Origin: an uncultured Eubacteriales bacterium
Lineage (GTDB): Bacteria; Bacillota; Clostridia; Christensenellales; Aristaeellaceae
DNA: 64,000 bases
Assembly: GCA_902773895.1 (NCBI GenBank)
Contig: CACYGB010000013.1
Coordinates: 1,050-65,049 of the forward strand
Direction of reading: 5' to 3'
The notes beneath the pieces are model-generated. The model was not told where the DNA came from. It made no database searches and saw only the letters and a list, made by a program, of their open reading frames with translations. This document shows, piece by piece, positions 51,052-60,607 of this stretch. Each line of letters opens with the position of its first letter. Position 1 is the first letter of the stretch. A program made the translations under genes and the position numbers.

Positions 51052-53387
51052 CTGCGGATCATCTGATCGCCCGGGCGGAGGAAATGCTTCTGGCCCGGGA
51101 ACACTGCACCTTCCGGGAGGCCAACGCCGTCCAACTGCATGACGCCTTGTCCTCCGCCGCCATGGAGGCGCTGGCCCCCGTGTGGACGGAGCGGGAAAAG
51201 GAACGGGCCGGCAAGCGGCAGGCGGCATATATTTCCGCCGAATTCCTGGTGGGCCGCCTGGTGTACAACAACCTGTTCTGCATGAACGTGCTGGAGGAAA
51301 GCCGCCGTCTGCTGGCGGAAAAGGGCGTCGACCTGGCGATCCTGGAGGATATTGAGGACGACGCCTTCGGCAACGGCGGCCTGGGCCGCCTGGCCGCTTG
51401 CTTTATGGACAGCGCCGTGACCCACGATATTCCCCTGACCGGCTACGGCCTGCGCTACCGCTACGGCCTGTTCAGGCAGCGTTTCAAGGACTGCGCCCAG
51501 CAGGAGGAGCCGGACGACTGGTCCCGCTACGGCGATCCCTGGTCCATCCGGCGGCTGGATCAGGCTGTGGTGGTGGAAATGAAAACGGGCAATGTGCTGG
51601 CGGTGCCTTACGATATGCCGGTGGTGGGCTACGGGGCCCAAAACGTGGGCACGCTGCGCCTGTGGCAGACGGAAAGCCTGCACGAAATTGATTTTACCCT
51701 GTTCAACGAGCAAAAGTACGCCGCCGCCGCCGCGGACAAGAACCGGGCGGAGGACATTGTGAAATTCCTTTATCCCAACGACAGCAAGCGGGAAGGGCGT
51801 CAGCTGCGCGTCAAGCAGCAGTATGTGCTGGTCAGCGCCACGGTGCAGGACCTGCTGCGCGCCTACCGCGCCCGTCACGGACGGGATTATGCGCACTTTG
51901 CCGCGGAATACGCCGTGCAGCTCAATGATACGCACCCTGTCATGGCGATTCCAGAGCTGATCCGGCTGCTGATGCGGGACGGCGTTACCTTTGACGATGC
52001 GTTCGGGATCGCCCGGAGCACCTTTTCCTACACCAACCACACCGTGATGCAGGAAGCGCTGGAAAAGTGGGACCTGGCGCTGCTGAATTCCGTCTGCCCG
52101 GAGGTGGTCGGCGTGATCCGCCTGATCGACGCCCGCTTCCGGGAGGACATGAAGCAAAAGGGCCTGGCGGTGCAGGCGGACCGCTGCGTGATCGAGGGGC
52201 GGCGGGTGCATATGGCCCAGCTGGCCGTGTATGCCACCCACTGCACCAACGGCGTGGCGGCGCTGCACACCGAGATCCTGAAAAACGACGTGTTTTCCGC
52301 CTGGTATCAGGTGTATCCCGAACGCTTCCAGAACAAAACCAACGGCATCACCCAGCGCCGGTGGCTGGGGCTGTGCAACCCGGAATTGTGCGCCCTGATC
52401 GACAGCCGGATCGGCCCCGGCTACCTGACCGACCTGGACCGCCTGGCGGAACTGAAGCCGCAGATCGACGACGCCCTGTGTGACGCTTTCCGGCAGGTGA
52501 AACGGGAAAAGAAGCGGCAGCTGTGCCGGGAAATCGCCCGGCGGGAGCATATCCAGCTGGATCCGGACATGCTGTTTGACGTGCAGGTGAAGCGATTGCA
52601 CGAATACAAGCGGCAGCTGATGAACGCCCTGTCCATCCTGGCCATTTACCACGGCCTGAAGGACGGCACCATCACCGGCTTCACGCCCACGGTCTTCCTT
52701 TTCGGCGCCAAGGCGGCGGCCGGCTACCGGCGGGCCAAGGCCATTATCCGCTTCATCAACCGCATCGCGGAAATGGTAAACGCCGACGAGGAAACCAACA
52801 GCCTGCTGAAGGTGGTGTTTGTGCAGAATTACAATGTGTCCTGGGCGGAAAAAATCATTCCGGCGGCGGATGTCAGCGAGCAGATTTCGCCTGCCGGCAC
52901 GGAAGCCAGCGGCACCGGCAATATGAAATTTATGCTCAACGGCGCCGTGACGCTGGGCACTTTCGACGGGGCCAACGTGGAAATCGTGGAGCAGGCCGGC
53001 AAGGAGAACAACTACATTTTCGGCGCCACGGTGGAGGAAATCAACACCCTGAAGCCCGTCTACGATCCGCAGGCGATTTATGAAAAGGATCCGGTGATTC
53101 GCAAGGCGCTGGACACCCTGATCGACGGCACCTTCCCCGATGAGGACGGCGCGTTCCAGGAGCTGCACGACGCCATTTTGAAGGGCGCCAGCTGGCATCA
53201 GCCCGACCATTACTTCGTGCTGCATGATTTCCCCGGCTACCTGGCGGCCAAATTGCAGGCCAACCGGGATTACGCCGCGGATCCCCGTGGCTTTGCCCGC
53301 AAGTGCCTGATGAACACCGCCTCCGCGGGCAAATTCTCCTCGGACCGCACCATCAAACAGTACGCCCGGGAAATCTGGAACGTTTGA
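51048..53387 (+). CDS. glgP: Alpha-glucan (glycogen/maltodextrin) phosphorylase, GT35
   Basis: 779 aa with the PLP-site motif EASGTGNMKFMLNGA. It overlaps the malQ stop. Confidence 0.9.
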   Translation: MTADHLIARAEEMLLAREHCTFREANAVQLHDALSSAAMEALAPVWTEREKERAGKRQAAYISAEFLVGRLVYNNLFCMNVLEESRRLLAEKGVDLAILEDIEDDAFGNGGLGRLAACFMDSAVTHDIPLTGYGLRYRYGLFRQRFKDCAQQEEPDDWSRYGDPWSIRRLDQAVVVEMKTGNVLAVPYDMPVVGYGAQNVGTLRLWQTESLHEIDFTLFNEQKYAAAAADKNRAEDIVKFLYPNDSKREGRQLRVKQQYVLVSATVQDLLRAYRARHGRDYAHFAAEYAVQLNDTHPVMAIPELIRLLMRDGVTFDDAFGIARSTFSYTNHTVMQEALEKWDLALLNSVCPEVVGVIRLIDARFREDMKQKGLAVQADRCVIEGRRVHMAQLAVYATHCTNGVAALHTEILKNDVFSAWYQVYPERFQNKTNGITQRRWLGLCNPELCALIDSRIGPGYLTDLDRLAELKPQIDDALCDAFRQVKREKKRQLCREIARREHIQLDPDMLFDVQVKRLHEYKRQLMNALSILAIYHGLKDGTITGFTPTVFLFGAKAAAGYRRAKAIIRFINRIAEMVNADEETNSLLKVVFVQNYNVSWAEKIIPAADVSEQISPAGTEASGTGNMKFMLNGAVTLGTFDGANVEIVEQAGKENNYIFGATVEEINTLKPVYDPQAIYEKDPVIRKALDTLIDGTFPDEDGAFQELHDAILKGASWHQPDHYFVLHDFPGYLAAKLQANRDYAADPRGFARKCLMNTASAGKFSSDRTIKQYAREIWNV

Positions 53388-53419
53388 CCGCAGGCCGGCC
53401 TTTTTATGGCCGCGTCGCC

Positions 53420-53450
53420 GCCGCGCGCGAAACAGCGCGCGGCTTTTTTT
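53420..53450 (+). terminator. Rho-independent terminator
   Basis: Stem GCCGCGCGC-gaaaca-GCGCGCGGC followed by TTTTTTT. Confidence 0.75.
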
Positions 53451-53619
53451 GCGCTGCGCCGGGAAGGCAGCCCGGGCTGACCGGCCGCTTCTCCCGGAAT
53501 CAGGGCCATATTTTCCCCTGATTGTCTATGGACGGCCCGGAAAAACCATGATATAATGAGTCGCTCGTGTGTTTTCACGGCTTTTTGACGTAATTACTTT
53601 GAAGGAGGAGGCAGGCTTC

Positions 53620-56049
53620 ATGCCGACTACGAAGTTTGATAAAGAATCCATCAAGCAATCCATCATCGGAAAGCTGCAGCGCTACAACGGCCGCACCCTG
53701 GCCGACGCTACGGACCAGCAGATTTACTATGCCCTGGCGTCCACTGTGCGCGACCAGATCATGCAGAAATGGGTGGCGTACCGGGAAAAGGATAAGCGCT
53801 CCACCGCCAAGCGGCTGTATTATCTGTCCGTGGAATTCCTGACGGGGCGCAGCCTGCATTGCAACATCCTGAACCTGTGCTCCAACGACAACTACCGCCA
53901 GGCGCTGGAAGAACTGGGGCTGAACTGGCGCGAAATCCTCCGGGAAGAGCCGGAGCCCGGCCTGGGCAACGGCGGCCTGGGCCGTCTGGCGGCCTGCTTC
54001 CTGGACAGCCTGTCCGCCCTTTCCATGCCGGCCATGGGCTGCACCATCCGCTATGAATACGGCCTGTTCCGCCAGCGCATCTTGGGCGGCCAGCAGGTGG
54101 AGGTGCCGGATAACTGGCTGGAAAACGGCAACGTGTGGGAAGTGCCGGACATGGAAGATACCTGCGAAGTGCACTTCGGCGGCAAGGTGGAAGAAATCTA
54201 CCAGGATGGAAAAATGAAGTTCCTCCACAAGGATTACTACACCGTGGAAGCCGTGCCCTACGACATGCCCGTGGCCGGCTATGACTGCGAAACGGTGAAC
54301 ACCCTGCGCATGTGGCGCGCCCGCAGCCCCAAGACCCTGGACCTGAGCACCTTCAACAGCGGCAATTACACCAAGGCCATGCAGGAGCAGGAACTGGCCA
54401 CCGTCATCAGCAAGGTGCTGTATCCGGAGGATAACCACCGGGAAGGCAAGGAGCTGCGCCTGCGCCAGCACTATTTCTTCACCAGCGCCACCCTGCAGTA
54501 CGCCATCAAGGATTTCAAGCGGCGCTTTGGCAACGATTTCATGAAGCTGCCGGAGAAAATCACCATCCACATCAACGACACCCATCCCGGCCTGGCTATT
54601 CCCGAGCTCATGCGCCTGCTTATCGACCAGGAAGGCCTGGGCTGGGAGGAAGCCTCCTACATCGTGCAGCACACCGTGGCCTACACCAACCACACCGTGA
54701 TGAGCGAAGCGCTGGAAAAATGGCCGGAAGACATGATGAAGGCGCTGCTGCCCCGCATCTACATGATCCTGCAGGAAATCAACCGCCGGGTGTGCGCCCG
54801 TCTGGCCGATCATTTCGGCAACGGCGCCGATCCCCGCATCGCCAAGATGGCCATCACCGCCTACGGGCAGGTGCATATGGCCAACCTGTGCGTGGCCATG
54901 AGTTATTCCGTCAACGGCGTGAGCCAGCTGCACGGCGAGATCCTCAAGCGCGACACCTTCAAGGATTATTACGAGTTCGAGCCCAAGAAGTTTTCCGCCA
55001 TCACCAACGGCATCACCCACCGCCGCTGGCTCATGAGCTGCAACGACGGCCTGACCCGCCTGATCTGCGACGCCATCGGCGACAAGTGGATCAAGGAGCC
55101 GGAGCGGCTGAAGGAACTGCTGCCTTACCGGGACGACGCCGCCTTCCGGGAAGCCTTTGCCAAGGTGAAGCGCCAGAACAAGGAAATCTTCTCCGATTTC
55201 CTGAACTACAACCAGAAAATGACCATCGACCCGGACTTCATGCTGGACGTGCAGGCCAAGCGGCTGCATGAATACAAGCGGCAGCTGCTCAACGCCCTGC
55301 ACATCATGGTGCTCTACAACCGGATCATGGATGATCCCAACTTCACCATGACGCCCCGGGTGTTCGTGTTCGGCGCCAAGGCCAGTCCCGGCTACTACAT
55401 GGCCAAGCAGATCATCCGCATGATCGTGGCCATCAGCAAGATGATCGACGCCAGCCCCCGGGCCCGGCAGTTCCTGCGGGTGGTTTTCCTGGAAAACTAC
55501 TGCGTGTCCGCGGCGGAGCGCCTGATCCCCGCCACCGACCTGAGCGAGCAATTGTCCACCGCCGGCAAGGAAGCCAGCGGCACCGGCAACATGAAATTCA
55601 TGATGAACGGCGCGGTGACCATCGGCACCATGGACGGCGCCAACGTGGAAATGTACCAGCAGGTAGGCAACGACAACATCTACATTTTCGGCATGCGGGC
55701 CGACACCGTCAGCGATCTGTACCGCGAAGGCAACTATTCGCCCATGCACATTTACGAAAGCAACGCCGAGCTGCGCCGCGCGCTGCTGCAGATCATCGAC
55801 GGCACCCTGTTCCCGGACAACGCCGCCACGCTGCAGGATATTTACCACAACCTGCTCTTCTCCGATCCGTATTTCGTGCTGAAGGACTTCGGTTCCTACT
55901 CCATGGCCCAGCGCCGGATCGACAGCGACTACCAGGACAAGGAAAAGTGGCTGCGCATGGCCATTACCAACACCGCCTGCTCCGGCGTGTTCTCCTCCGA
56001 CCGGACCATCCGGGAATACAACGACAAGATCTGGCACCTGGTCAAGTAA
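53620..56049 (+). CDS. Second alpha-glucan phosphorylase, GT35 paralog
   Basis: 809 aa from MPTTKFDKE after a [14 protein letters not shown], with EASGTGNMKFMMNGA. It has its own extended -10 promoter (TGATATAAT at about 53549-53557). Confidence 0.9.
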   Translation: MPTTKFDKESIKQSIIGKLQRYNGRTLADATDQQIYYALASTVRDQIMQKWVAYREKDKRSTAKRLYYLSVEFLTGRSLHCNILNLCSNDNYRQALEELGLNWREILREEPEPGLGNGGLGRLAACFLDSLSALSMPAMGCTIRYEYGLFRQRILGGQQVEVPDNWLENGNVWEVPDMEDTCEVHFGGKVEEIYQDGKMKFLHKDYYTVEAVPYDMPVAGYDCETVNTLRMWRARSPKTLDLSTFNSGNYTKAMQEQELATVISKVLYPEDNHREGKELRLRQHYFFTSATLQYAIKDFKRRFGNDFMKLPEKITIHINDTHPGLAIPELMRLLIDQEGLGWEEASYIVQHTVAYTNHTVMSEALEKWPEDMMKALLPRIYMILQEINRRVCARLADHFGNGADPRIAKMAITAYGQVHMANLCVAMSYSVNGVSQLHGEILKRDTFKDYYEFEPKKFSAITNGITHRRWLMSCNDGLTRLICDAIGDKWIKEPERLKELLPYRDDAAFREAFAKVKRQNKEIFSDFLNYNQKMTIDPDFMLDVQAKRLHEYKRQLLNALHIMVLYNRIMDDPNFTMTPRVFVFGAKASPGYYMAKQIIRMIVAISKMIDASPRARQFLRVVFLENYCVSAAERLIPATDLSEQLSTAGKEASGTGNMKFMMNGAVTIGTMDGANVEMYQQVGNDNIYIFGMRADTVSDLYREGNYSPMHIYESNAELRRALLQIIDGTLFPDNAATLQDIYHNLLFSDPYFVLKDFGSYSMAQRRIDSDYQDKEKWLRMAITNTACSGVFSSDRTIREYNDKIWHLVK

Positions 56050-56070
56050 GATCAGCCGCCGGAAATCAGC

Positions 56071-56104
56071 GGCCCAGGGCAAAGCTGCCCGGGGCCGTTT
56101 TTTT
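56071..56104 (+). terminator. Rho-independent terminator
   Basis: Stem GGCCCAGGGCA / TGCCCGGGGCC followed by T7. Confidence 0.7.
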
Positions 56105-56242
56105 GCGCCAACGGCAGCGCATGCAGCCGCCGGAGAATGCCGGATACGCGGACTGAAGACGATCCGGGTCATTCCGCGTTTTCAGGGCTTTATGCGCGGG
56201 GAGAAAGCGCCCCGGAAAATGGGATTTTGATTCGGAGAAGAA

Positions 56243-56271
56243 TTTACATTTCTTGCGCTGCGTGTTATAAT
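56243..56271 (+). promoter_or_regulatory. Sigma-A-type promoter of the uxu-kdgK block
   Basis: TTTACA, a 17-nt spacer, then TATAAT. Confidence 0.6.
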
Positions 56272-56301
56272 CAAATTAATAATGGAAAGGAGTTTTTTCC
56301 C

Positions 56302-57391
56302 ATGAAAATGACCTTTCGCTGGTATGGCAGCCAATCGGACCCCATTCCGCTGAAGTATATCAAGCAGATCCCCGGCATGACGGGCCTGATGGGCCTGCTG
56401 GACAAGCCCGCGGGCGTGGATTGGCCCGAGGAAGAATTCGCCGCCCTGAAAAAAGAAGTGCATCGAGTCCGTCAACGTGCACGAGGACATCAAGCTGGGC
56501 GTTCCTTCCCGGGAGGAATACATCGCCAACTACATTTCCACCATCCGCATGCTGGCGAAACACGGCGTCAAGGTGATCGTGTACAATTTCATGCCGGTGT
56601 TCGACTGGCTGCGCACCGACCTGGCCCGGGTCATCCCCGAGGACGGCAGCAACAGTTTGTACTTTGACGAAAAGGACCTGGGCGAAATGGGCCCGCTGGA
56701 AATCGTGCGCAAGACAGCCGAAGATAGCCACGGCTTCACCCTGCCCGGCTGGGAGCCGGAGCGGCTGGCGCTGCTGGAAAAGACGCTCAAGCAGTACGAA
56801 AACATCGGCCCCGACGACCTGCGGAAAAACTTCAAGTACTTCCTGGACGCGGTGATCCCGGTCTGCGAGGAAGTGGGCGTGCGCATGGCCTGCCATCCCG
56901 ACGACCCCGCCTGGCCCATCTTCGGCCTGCCCCGCATCACCCACAGCCCCGCCTGGCCCATCTTCGGCCTGCCCCGCATCACCCACAGCAAGGATGATTT
57001 TGATAAGATGGTCAAACTGCACGACAGCCCGGCCAATACCCTATGCCTGTGCACCGGCAGCTTGGGCAGCAACCCGGACAACGATATTCCCGCCATTATC
57101 CGGCACTTTGGCCAGATGAACCGCATCGGGGCCATGCACGTGCGCAACGTCAAGTATCTGGGTTACCATCATTTCCGGGAAGCGGCCCATCTGAGCAGTA
57201 CCGGCGATCTGGATCTCTATGCGATCATGAAGGCCATTTACGATACGGTGCCCGATACTTATATCCGGCCCGACCACGGCCGCATGATCTGGGACGAGCA
57301 GGGCCGCCCCGGCTACGACCGGGCCCTGGGCGCCGCGTACCTGAACGGCCTGTGGGAGGCCATCGACAAGGAAAACAAGGGAGGGAAATGA
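56302..57391 (+). pseudogene. uxuA: Mannonate dehydratase, disrupted by a frameshifting deletion and an in-frame 14-codon duplication
   Basis: The N-terminus MKMTFRWYGSQSDPIPLKYIKQIPG...[10 protein letters not shown] is in frame 1. The rest ([13 protein letters not shown]...[14 protein letters not shown]...HPDDP...RPDHG) is in frame 2, with about 10 expected codons missing at the junction near 56455-56475. Confidence 0.7.
56905..56988 (+). repeat. Perfect 2 x 42-bp tandem duplication inside uxuA
   Basis: CCCCGCCTGGCCCATCTTCGGCCTGCCCCGCATCACCCACAG occurs twice in tandem. This duplicates [14 protein letters not shown] in the conserved HPDDPxxPIxGLPRI region. Confidence 0.95.
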
Positions 57392-57392
57392 C

Positions 57393-58985
57393 GTGCTGTC
57401 CCTGAAAAATCCGGAAAACCGCGGGGAATGGCTGGAAAAAGGCTATACGCTGCCCGCGTTTGACCGCGCCGCCATGCGGCAGGAAACGGCCCGGCATCCG
57501 GTGTGGGTGCATTTCGGCGCCGGCAACATTTTCCGGGCGTTCCAGTGCAACGCCGTGCAGCGGATGCTGAACGAAGGGAAAATGAAAAGCGGCCTGATCG
57601 CCGTGGAAGGCTTTGACTACGAAATCATCGAAAAGGGCTACTGGCCCAACGACGATTACACCCTGCTGGTGACGCTGAAGGCGGACGGCAGCGTGGAAAA
57701 AACGGTGATCGGCAGCATCGCCGAGTCCCATATCCTGGACAGCGAAAACGAAAAGGAAACCGCCCGGCTGAAGGAAATTTTCGTCCAGCCCACGCTGCAG
57801 ATGGTTTCCTTCACCATCACCGAAAAGGGCTACAGCCTGGTGAACGGCAAAGGGGAAACGCTTCCCGCCGTGGCGGCTGATTTTGCCGCGGGGCCCGGGC
57901 GGCCGCAAAGCTACATCGGCAAGGTGGCGTCCCTGCTCTATGCCCGCTACCGGGCCGGCGCGCTGCCCGTGGCCATGGTGAGTATGGACAACTGCTCCCA
58001 CAACGGCGACAAATTGTACCAGGCGGTGAAGGCGTTTGCCGACGCCTGGGGCGACGAAGGCTTTTCCGCCTATGTGAACGACCCGCAAAAGGTGTCCTTC
58101 CCCTGGACCATGATCGACAAAATCACGCCCCGGCCGGATGCGTCGGTGGAGGCGCTGCTGCGGGCGGACGGCCTGCAGGGGCTGGAGCCGGTGATCACCG
58201 GGAAAAACACCTACATCGCGCCGTTTGTGAACGCCGAGGAAAGCGAATACCTGGTGATCGAGGATCGCTTCCCCAACGGCCGTCCGGCGCTGGAGGAAGC
58301 GGGCTTCCTGTTCACCGACCGGGAAACCGTGAACAACGTGGAGCGCATGAAGGTGACCACGTGCCTGAATCCCCTGCACACGGCGCTGGCGGTATTCGGC
58401 TGCCTGTTGGGGTATCAGCGCATTTCCGCCGAAATGCGGGATCCGGATCTGGTGAAGCTGATCCGCCGCATCGGCTATACGGAGGGGCTTCCGGTGGTGA
58501 CGGACCCCGGGGTCATTGATCCCCGGCAGTTCATCGACACGGTGGTGAATGTACGCCTGCCCAATCCCTTCATGCCCGATACGCCCCAGCGCATCGCCTG
58601 CGACACCAGCCAGAAAATCCCCATCCGCTTTGGGGAAACCATCAAAAGCTACCTGGCCGATCCCGCGCGGGACGTTTCCTCCCTGACCGCCATTCCGCTG
58701 GCCATCGCCGGCTGGCTGCGCTATCTGCTGGGCCGGGACGACCAGGGGCAGGAAATGGAAGTGAGCCCCGATCCCATGCTGCCCTCCCTGCAGGCGGCCC
58801 TGAACGGCGTGCAGTGGGATCAGCCCGCTTCCGCCGATGGCAGGCTGGACACCCTGCTGGACGACCCGGTGTACTTCGGCGTCAGCCTGAAGCAGGCCGG
58901 CCTGAGCGGCAAGGTGGAAGCCTGCTTCCGCGATATGCTGCAGGGCAAAGGCGCGGTGCGCGCCGCGCTGGAAAAATATCTGTAA
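57393..58985 (+). CDS. uxuB: Mannitol dehydrogenase family oxidoreductase (fructuronate reductase-like)
   Basis: 530 aa with a GTG start 1 nt after the uxuA stop. It has the motifs VHFGAGNIFRAF and DNCSHNGDKL. The gene symbol is assigned by context. Confidence 0.75.
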   Translation: MLSLKNPENRGEWLEKGYTLPAFDRAAMRQETARHPVWVHFGAGNIFRAFQCNAVQRMLNEGKMKSGLIAVEGFDYEIIEKGYWPNDDYTLLVTLKADGSVEKTVIGSIAESHILDSENEKETARLKEIFVQPTLQMVSFTITEKGYSLVNGKGETLPAVAADFAAGPGRPQSYIGKVASLLYARYRAGALPVAMVSMDNCSHNGDKLYQAVKAFADAWGDEGFSAYVNDPQKVSFPWTMIDKITPRPDASVEALLRADGLQGLEPVITGKNTYIAPFVNAEESEYLVIEDRFPNGRPALEEAGFLFTDRETVNNVERMKVTTCLNPLHTALAVFGCLLGYQRISAEMRDPDLVKLIRRIGYTEGLPVVTDPGVIDPRQFIDTVVNVRLPNPFMPDTPQRIACDTSQKIPIRFGETIKSYLADPARDVSSLTAIPLAIAGWLRYLLGRDDQGQEMEVSPDPMLPSLQAALNGVQWDQPASADGRLDTLLDDPVYFGVSLKQAGLSGKVEACFRDMLQGKGAVRAALEKYL

Positions 58986-59019
58986 ATCCAATTGGAGAAA
59001 ATAGAAAGGAATGATTCCC

Positions 59020-60057
59020 ATGAACGCAAAAGTAGTTACCTTCGGTGAAATCATGCTGCGTCTGAAGAGCCCTGGCTACGAGCGGCTGATGCAATCTCCT
59101 TCCCTGGAAGCCACCTTTGGCGGCGGCGAAGCCAACGTCAGCGTGTCCCTGGCCAACTACGGCATGGACACCGCTTTCGTCACCGTGCTGCCCGATAACG
59201 ACATCGGCAGGGCCTGCATGCGGGAGCTGCGGGGCTTCGGGGTCGATACGGGCAAGATCGTGTTCAAGCCCGGAAGGATGGGCATCTATTACCTGGAAAC
59301 CGGTTCCGTGCAGCGCCCCAGCAAGGTGATCTACGACCGCGCCGGCAGCGCCATCGCGGAAGCGGACGCCGCCGATATTGACTGGGAAAAGGCTTTTGAA
59401 GGGGCCACCTGGTTCCACATCACCGGCATCACCCCCGCCATCAGCCAGGGCGCCGCGGACCTGAGCCTGGCCGCCGTGAAGGCCGCCAAGAAGCTGGGCC
59501 TGCATGTGAGCTGCGACCTCAATTACCGCAAGAACCTGTGGAAGTACGGCAAGACCGCCGACCAGGTGATGCGGGAACTGGTGAAGTATGTGGACACCGT
59601 CATCGCCAACGAAGAGGACTTCCAGAAGGCCCTGCTGCTGAAGGCCGAATCCGCCGGCAGTGTGGAGGAAGGCGAACTGAACCTGGATAACTACAAGGCC
59701 ATCGCCAAGCTGGCCATGGATACCTTCCCCAACATCCAGCGGGTGGCCATCACCCTGCGGGAAAGCAAATCCGCCAACCATAACGACTGGAGCGCCTGCC
59801 TGTACAACGGCAAGGATTTCTTCGTGTCCCGCAAGTACCGCATCACCGACATCGTGGATCGCGTGGGCGGCGGCGACAGCTTCGGCGGTGGCCTGATCTA
59901 CGGCCTGAACACCTACGGCAATGAAAAGGACGCCCTGGAATTCGCCGTGGCGGCTTCCTGCCTGAAGCACACCATCCCCGGCGACTACAACCGCATGAGT
60001 GCTTCCGAAGTGGAAAGCCTGATGAAGGGCTCCGGCTCCGGCCGCGTACAGCGTTAA
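59020..60057 (+). CDS. kdgK: 2-dehydro-3-deoxygluconokinase (PfkB family)
   Basis: 345 aa starting MNAKVVTFGEIMLRL, with GGGDSFGGGLIYG. Confidence 0.85.
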   Translation: MNAKVVTFGEIMLRLKSPGYERLMQSPSLEATFGGGEANVSVSLANYGMDTAFVTVLPDNDIGRACMRELRGFGVDTGKIVFKPGRMGIYYLETGSVQRPSKVIYDRAGSAIAEADAADIDWEKAFEGATWFHITGITPAISQGAADLSLAAVKAAKKLGLHVSCDLNYRKNLWKYGKTADQVMRELVKYVDTVIANEEDFQKALLLKAESAGSVEEGELNLDNYKAIAKLAMDTFPNIQRVAITLRESKSANHNDWSACLYNGKDFFVSRKYRITDIVDRVGGGDSFGGGLIYGLNTYGNEKDALEFAVAASCLKHTIPGDYNRMSASEVESLMKGSGSGRVQR

Positions 60058-60084
60058 ACCGGGCAACTGACCTATCAAGAAAAG

Positions 60085-60120
60085 AACCGCTGTTGGCTTT
60101 CGTGCCGACAGCGGTTTTTC
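60085..60120. terminator. Rho-independent terminator between convergent kdgK and rseC
   Basis: Stem AACCGCTGTTGGC / GCCGACAGCGGTT followed by TTTT. Confidence 0.7.
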
Positions 60121-60154
60121 ATTGAACGGGCGCTATTCTTTTATTGAACGGGCG

Positions 60155-60556
60155 TTATTCTTCTTCGTGCACAGCCAGAATTTTGGGCTGCCAGATGTCC
60201 TTGCCGCGCATTTTGGTGTCGATCAGGCGCAGGATGAACCAGGACAGGCCCATGCATACCAGCCCGCAAACGGCGGAGAGGGCTTCCTGGTGGAACAGCG
60301 CCTGTCCCGCGGCGATGCCGCCGATCAGCAGCAGCAGCGGAATGACGTACGCGATGGCCGACGCCTTGAGCACCTGCTTTTCCGGCATATCCACGTCGAT
60401 GCGGCTGCCCACCGGCGCGCTGCCCGGAATGGTGACCAGGGATTCGTGCACTTCGCCGCAGGCTTTGCAGTGGGCGCAGGCCTCGGGCCTTTCAAAGCAT
60501 ACTTCCAGCTTGCCGTGGGACGCGGATACCACCTTGCCTGTGCGCAGCATGATCAT
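60155..60556 (-). CDS. rseC: RseC/MucC family (SoxR-reducing system type) membrane protein
   Basis: 133 aa with an N-terminal Cys cluster (CFERPEACAHCKACG) followed by two TM helices. Confidence 0.75.
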   Translation of the reverse strand: MIMLRTGKVVSASHGKLEVCFERPEACAHCKACGEVHESLVTIPGSAPVGSRIDVDMPEKQVLKASAIAYVIPLLLLIGGIAAGQALFHQEALSAVCGLVCMGLSWFILRLIDTKMRGKDIWQPKILAVHEEE

Positions 60557-60607
60557 TCCTCCGGTTTCATGAATAGATGCCTGTATTATAGCACAGCCGC
60601 GCCGGAT

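Noticed and set aside
50721-56172. 834-aa and 865-aa minus-strand ORFs
   Set aside because: Both are antisense to the two GT35 phosphorylase genes, which carry unambiguous PLP-site motifs.
56477-57391. 304-aa ORF as an independent gene
   Set aside because: It is the downstream two-thirds of uxuA. The annotated M is internal (…[11 protein letters not shown]), and no RBS precedes it.
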